Program-made: the position numbers and the translations under genes | DNA from: Blepharisma stoltei ATCC 30299 | Lineage: Eukaryota > Protista > Ciliophora | Length of the DNA stretch: 64,000 nt | Assembly: GCA_965603825.1 (NCBI GenBank) | Contig: CBFDEM010000058.1 | Span: forward strand, 558,001 to 622,000 | Direction of reading: 5' to 3' | Notes under the pieces: model-generated | The model's input: only the letters and a program-made list of their open reading frames with translations | Databases searched by the model: none | Told to the model about the DNA's origin: nothing | Shown here: positions 60,241 to 64,000 of the stretch, in pieces | How the letters are laid out: each line of letters opens with the position of its first letter | How positions within the stretch are numbered: position 1 is the first letter of the stretch

Positions 60241-61197
60241 ATGTGGCCTGTAGTTTTATTGACTTTGTTCGCATCAAGCGGCGTTTATGCAGTTAATGGC
60301 AAATGCAGAATCCTAGCTCTTGGAGGAGGCACAACAAGAGGAGCATATGAAGCAGGAGCTGTAATTGGGCTTATCAATAATCTTCCTGCAGGTGAAGCCC
60401 AATATGATGCAGTTACAGGCATTGGGACAGGTGCAGTCAACGCTCTTATCATGTCTCAATATGCCATAGGGCAAGAAGCTTCAGCAGCAACTGCTCTTAG
60501 CAAATTCTGGACTAATTTCACCTACTCTCAATTTTATAAAGATTGGGTAGGCTGGATTATTACTGGACTTAAATACGAATCAGGCCTCTATGACAGCTCT
60601 CCAATGAAAAAGACTTTAACATCTCTCGCTTCTGGAAGCTTCCAACGATGGCTCGGTGTTGGCTCCACTGATCTTTTATCCGGCTCCTACGTTTGGTTTA
60701 ACTCAACTGGCCAAACCAAAACAGACTTGATTACAGGAGTTTACGCAAGTGCTACCGAATACGGCTTTTTCCCTATAGTTCACTACAAAAACTTACAGCT
60801 TGTAACTGGCCATATTAAATTCTCAATCGATATTTTGCACGCTGTTAACTACTGCTATCTCTCCAAAGGCATTCAAATGGCAGATATCATAGTTGATGCT
60901 GTATTGCCAGCAGGAACTAACTTAACAGCTACTGATACAAGCGAATACAAAACTATTCAAGTCACCGAAAGAACTGCTGAGATTGCCGCTTTTGATTTAT
61001 TTATGCAGACTGTTGAAGATGCAAAGGTCAGCTTCCCTGATATCACAATAAGGACTCAGATTTATCCTTCATCTAAGCCTCCTACAACCGTGTATCCTTA
61101 CGATTACACTCCAGCTCAGCTTCAGTCAATGCTGGCACTTGGCCAAAAAGATGCAAAGAATGCAGTGGCAGCTCTTTCAAGTCAAGAAAGCGAGTAA
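60241..61197 (+). CDS. secreted patatin-like phospholipase homolog, catalytically degenerate
   Basis: Signal peptide MWPVVLLTLFA; LALGGGTTRGAYEAG; GIGTG in place of GxSxG. Confidence 0.85.
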   Translation: MWPVVLLTLFASSGVYAVNGKCRILALGGGTTRGAYEAGAVIGLINNLPAGEAQYDAVTGIGTGAVNALIMSQYAIGQEASAATALSKFWTNFTYSQFYKDWVGWIITGLKYESGLYDSSPMKKTLTSLASGSFQRWLGVGSTDLLSGSYVWFNSTGQTKTDLITGVYASATEYGFFPIVHYKNLQLVTGHIKFSIDILHAVNYCYLSKGIQMADIIVDAVLPAGTNLTATDTSEYKTIQVTERTAEIAAFDLFMQTVEDAKVSFPDITIRTQIYPSSKPPTTVYPYDYTPAQLQSMLALGQKDAKNAVAALSSQESE

Positions 61198-61246
61198 TAA
61201 CTTTAACTCATTTGATTAATCAAATTTAAAATATGAAAATCAGATT

Positions 61247-62149
61247 ATGGAGCCTGCTTCAACTTCAATTAAATTCCTAAGCACTTTTAGCTCTGGGACA
61301 CTGAGATCTCAATGCAAAAAACTTGCTCAAAGTGAGTGCACAACTGCACGACAACAAATCCATGATCTTCAGCTTAAAGATGCAATAAGTCGGCAAGAAC
61401 TGTCAAAGCTCGAAAAAGAAGCTCAATCATTGGAAACTCAGCAAGCCGCTATAAAAGAAGAAATAGCCAAAATTGAGCAGAAACTCAAGCAAGAAGACCG
61501 ACAACTTCAAGCACAAGAAGAAGATTTGGCAACTTTTAGAGTAAAAATTGCTAAAAAAAAGAAATTCAAAGACAGTCAAAAAATAATCAACGAAATTGAA
61601 ACACTGCGACAGTCAATTCATGAAATGAAAGAAAGGCATGAAGAAGAAGTCGGAATGTATATTGCGTCTCAACAGAAAATAGGAGAATTAAGCTATGCTT
61701 TAGGAAGGACCCCAAAAACAGCTGAAATTATGGACCTAATGAAAGACCTAACCAATATGTATGAAGAACAAATCCAGCATAAAGATTTAGCTATCAACTT
61801 CCAAGAAAGGCTCAATCAACAAGAAAATCAACAAATCAGAAACAGATTAAAAAAAGTTGAAGAAAAATTAAGCCGCATAGAAAATGAAAGAATTACTGAT
61901 AATAAAAGAATTTTTAAGCTAGAAACTCAGACTAATATTTCAGAAAATGACAATGGGCTTAATATTAAATGCATTGATCAAGACACTGAGATGCAGTCTA
62001 TAGCAGCTGCTGAAGAAATTATCCAGAAACTGAGAGCAAAACTATCAAAAACTCAAGATTTAAGCACTTTTGTAGCAAAACTTGATCATCAAATCAACCG
62101 TCATAAAAGCAAGATAATCGATATGGGAAAAAATAATTTAAATAACTAG
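61247..62149 (+). CDS. coiled-coil protein (300 aa)
   Basis: Heptad-rich Q/E/K ORF. Confidence 0.75.
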   Translation: MEPASTSIKFLSTFSSGTLRSQCKKLAQSECTTARQQIHDLQLKDAISRQELSKLEKEAQSLETQQAAIKEEIAKIEQKLKQEDRQLQAQEEDLATFRVKIAKKKKFKDSQKIINEIETLRQSIHEMKERHEEEVGMYIASQQKIGELSYALGRTPKTAEIMDLMKDLTNMYEEQIQHKDLAINFQERLNQQENQQIRNRLKKVEEKLSRIENERITDNKRIFKLETQTNISENDNGLNIKCIDQDTEMQSIAAAEEIIQKLRAKLSKTQDLSTFVAKLDHQINRHKSKIIDMGKNNLNN

Positions 62150-62159
62150 TTATTTTCAA

Positions 62160-63821
62160 TTAAAACAAAAAACTCCCTCCATGCGAATTGCGAGCAGATT
62201 TTGCATGTATTTCGAAACTTCGCTTTTGCTTATGTACAGGCTTAACTATTTCTGTTGACTTAGGGGTTGTTGAAGCTACAGGGATCTTAGAAGCCCCATC
62301 CACAATCCAAGGATGCCTTAAAGCTTCTTCAGCCTTAATTCTCACTGCTGGGTCCCATTCCAAGCACTTTTCAATGAAATCCTGAAACAATGCATCAGTC
62401 CCATGCAAAATTTCTTTGAGATCTCTTGAGCTTGGATATCTTCTTCTCCCTCTAGAATTTGTAGTAATTTTAGGATACCCTGAAGCGTCAAAAAACATTT
62501 TTACTCTTGTGCCTTGCTGAAGAACGTTATAAGGAGGCATTCCTTTTACTTCCATAATGCATTGAAACTGCTCAATTTCAGACTCTCCAGCAAAGAGAGG
62601 GGAGCCTGTATAAAGTTCTACTAAAATGCAGCCGAAACTCCAAATATCAATGGCAGACGTATATGGGATCCCTAACATAATTTCAGGTGCCCTATAAAAT
62701 CTGCTCTGTATATATGTATAAAGCTTTTGGTTTTCATAGCAAGATGACCCAAAATCAATGACTTTTAAGCTTGACTTATTAGAATGCTTAAGCAAAATAT
62801 TTTCAGGCTTCAAGTCACAATGAATCACCCCTAGTCTGTTTGAAACCTTCAAGCACTGCAGTATTTGATATGCAAATCTCCTTATCAACGGCAGACTAAG
62901 CCCTTGAAAGTTATTGCTTTTAAGAAAATCATACAAATTTATGCTTAAAAGCTCAAAGGAAATGCACAAATGGTTTCTAAAAACAAAATGGTCCTTTATG
63001 TGGACTATATTGTATCGGTCTTGGGCATCATACTCTTTCAGAGATTTTAAGATTTTTACTTCAACAGCGCCTTGCTGGTGAAATCTCGTTTTATTTCGGA
63101 TGATTTTTAAAGCGACAAATTCTCTCACCTTGTGGTCATATGCTTTGAAAACTTGTCCAAATGATCCTTTGCCAAGTTGCTGACTTATTTCATATCTATA
63201 GCAAATATGCTCCCCAATCGTAAACTTATAGTCCCCTCTTTCATCATCAAACCCATGGTTCGGACCTACCCCGCTACTCGATTTTTCTTCATGTTTTCCA
63301 ATATAATAGATTACATTGTAATCTAAAATCTCCCCTTGCTCTCAATCATTTAAATATGATTTAAACTGTTTTAACACAGAAATCCCTGAAAGCGGCAATT
63401 TTAATTCGTTTGGGGAGTCTGAGATATTTTCTTTCATTTTCTTCTGAGTGCTATTCATAATTTTTGAAATATTTTTGGGGGTTTGGTTAAGTAATTTAGG
63501 AGCCAAAATTGAAGAATTTGAAAAATTTGATTCTTCTTGGGAAATGAGCGTAGTGTTTTGGCTTGAATTTTTGCTGCTGGGGAGTATAGATCTAGAAGTT
63601 GAATGCTGGTTTATTCAGCCATTTGTGGAGGATAAGAACTTTCCTATTGGAAGTGTTGGGACTACTCTTGAAGATTTAGGTGTTTTTTGAATAATAAGAG
63701 AATGATTTTCTTGGACCAATTTAGGTGGATTAGGAGTAATTTCTTGTTTTTTAGATACGCTTGGGATTCTTGATCCTTTTCTTTCGTCGTCAAGCCTCAG
63801 TTGAAGCTTATACTTATTCAT
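62160..63821 (-). CDS. DYRK2/4-like dual-specificity kinase (553 aa)
   Basis: With TGA=Trp one ORF from ATG 63821. DH box NHGFDDERGDY, GKGSFGQV, HCDLKPEN, DFGSS, YTYIQSRFYRAPE. Confidence 0.94.
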
Positions 63822-64000
63822 ATTTAAAAATGCTGAAAAAGTTAACGATATCTAACTGATATTAATTTTGGCATTTTGAGAAGAAAACAGGCTAGATTAA
63901 GAAATTAAATTAAAAATTAGGTAGATCTGCTTATAATTTTGAAGAAATATTCACATTCAAGGATTCCGTCTTCAGGTATGTCAGTACAGTGAACTGCGTT

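Noticed and set aside
62670-62677. Single CCCTAACA telomere-like unit
   Set aside because: One copy inside the DYRK coding sequence; no array.
1-64000. Prokaryotic systems (CRISPR, operons, prophage)
   Set aside because: Content is eukaryotic; no repeat-spacer arrays or such genes were seen.

Overview
Eukaryotic, AT-rich, very gene-dense DNA that is best read as a heterotrich ciliate macronuclear contig, most likely Blepharisma. The basis is that TGA is read as Trp (it falls at conserved Trp positions), genes end in TAA/TAG, and the few introns are 15-16 nt GT..AG. The supplied ORF track uses TGA as stop, so it fragments many genes. Re-read with TGA=Trp the window holds about 33 genes. These include a WW/CEP164-like protein, a purple-acid-phosphatase-like pseudoenzyme, a 4x6TM EEEE Ca channel, a 2424-aa LamG/Cys-rich/REJ/GPS polycystin-1-like protein, CTU2, two tandem cAMP-receptor-like 7TM receptors, a LITAF-domain protein, an HEXXH zincin, Rab, UCH, cyclin, a RING-H2 ligase, ferlin, NEMF, IleRS, OSCP1, an MFS transporter, a WD40-ankyrin-TRP-like channel, a pseudo-patatin and a DYRK kinase. 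A rearranged block at 52.4-59.8 kb holds an internally deleted duplicate of the WD40-channel gene and a decayed non-LTR retrotransposon (RRM-like ORF1 plus RT motifs) that the ORF track does not show. All family assignments come from motif recognition by eye, not from database searches.
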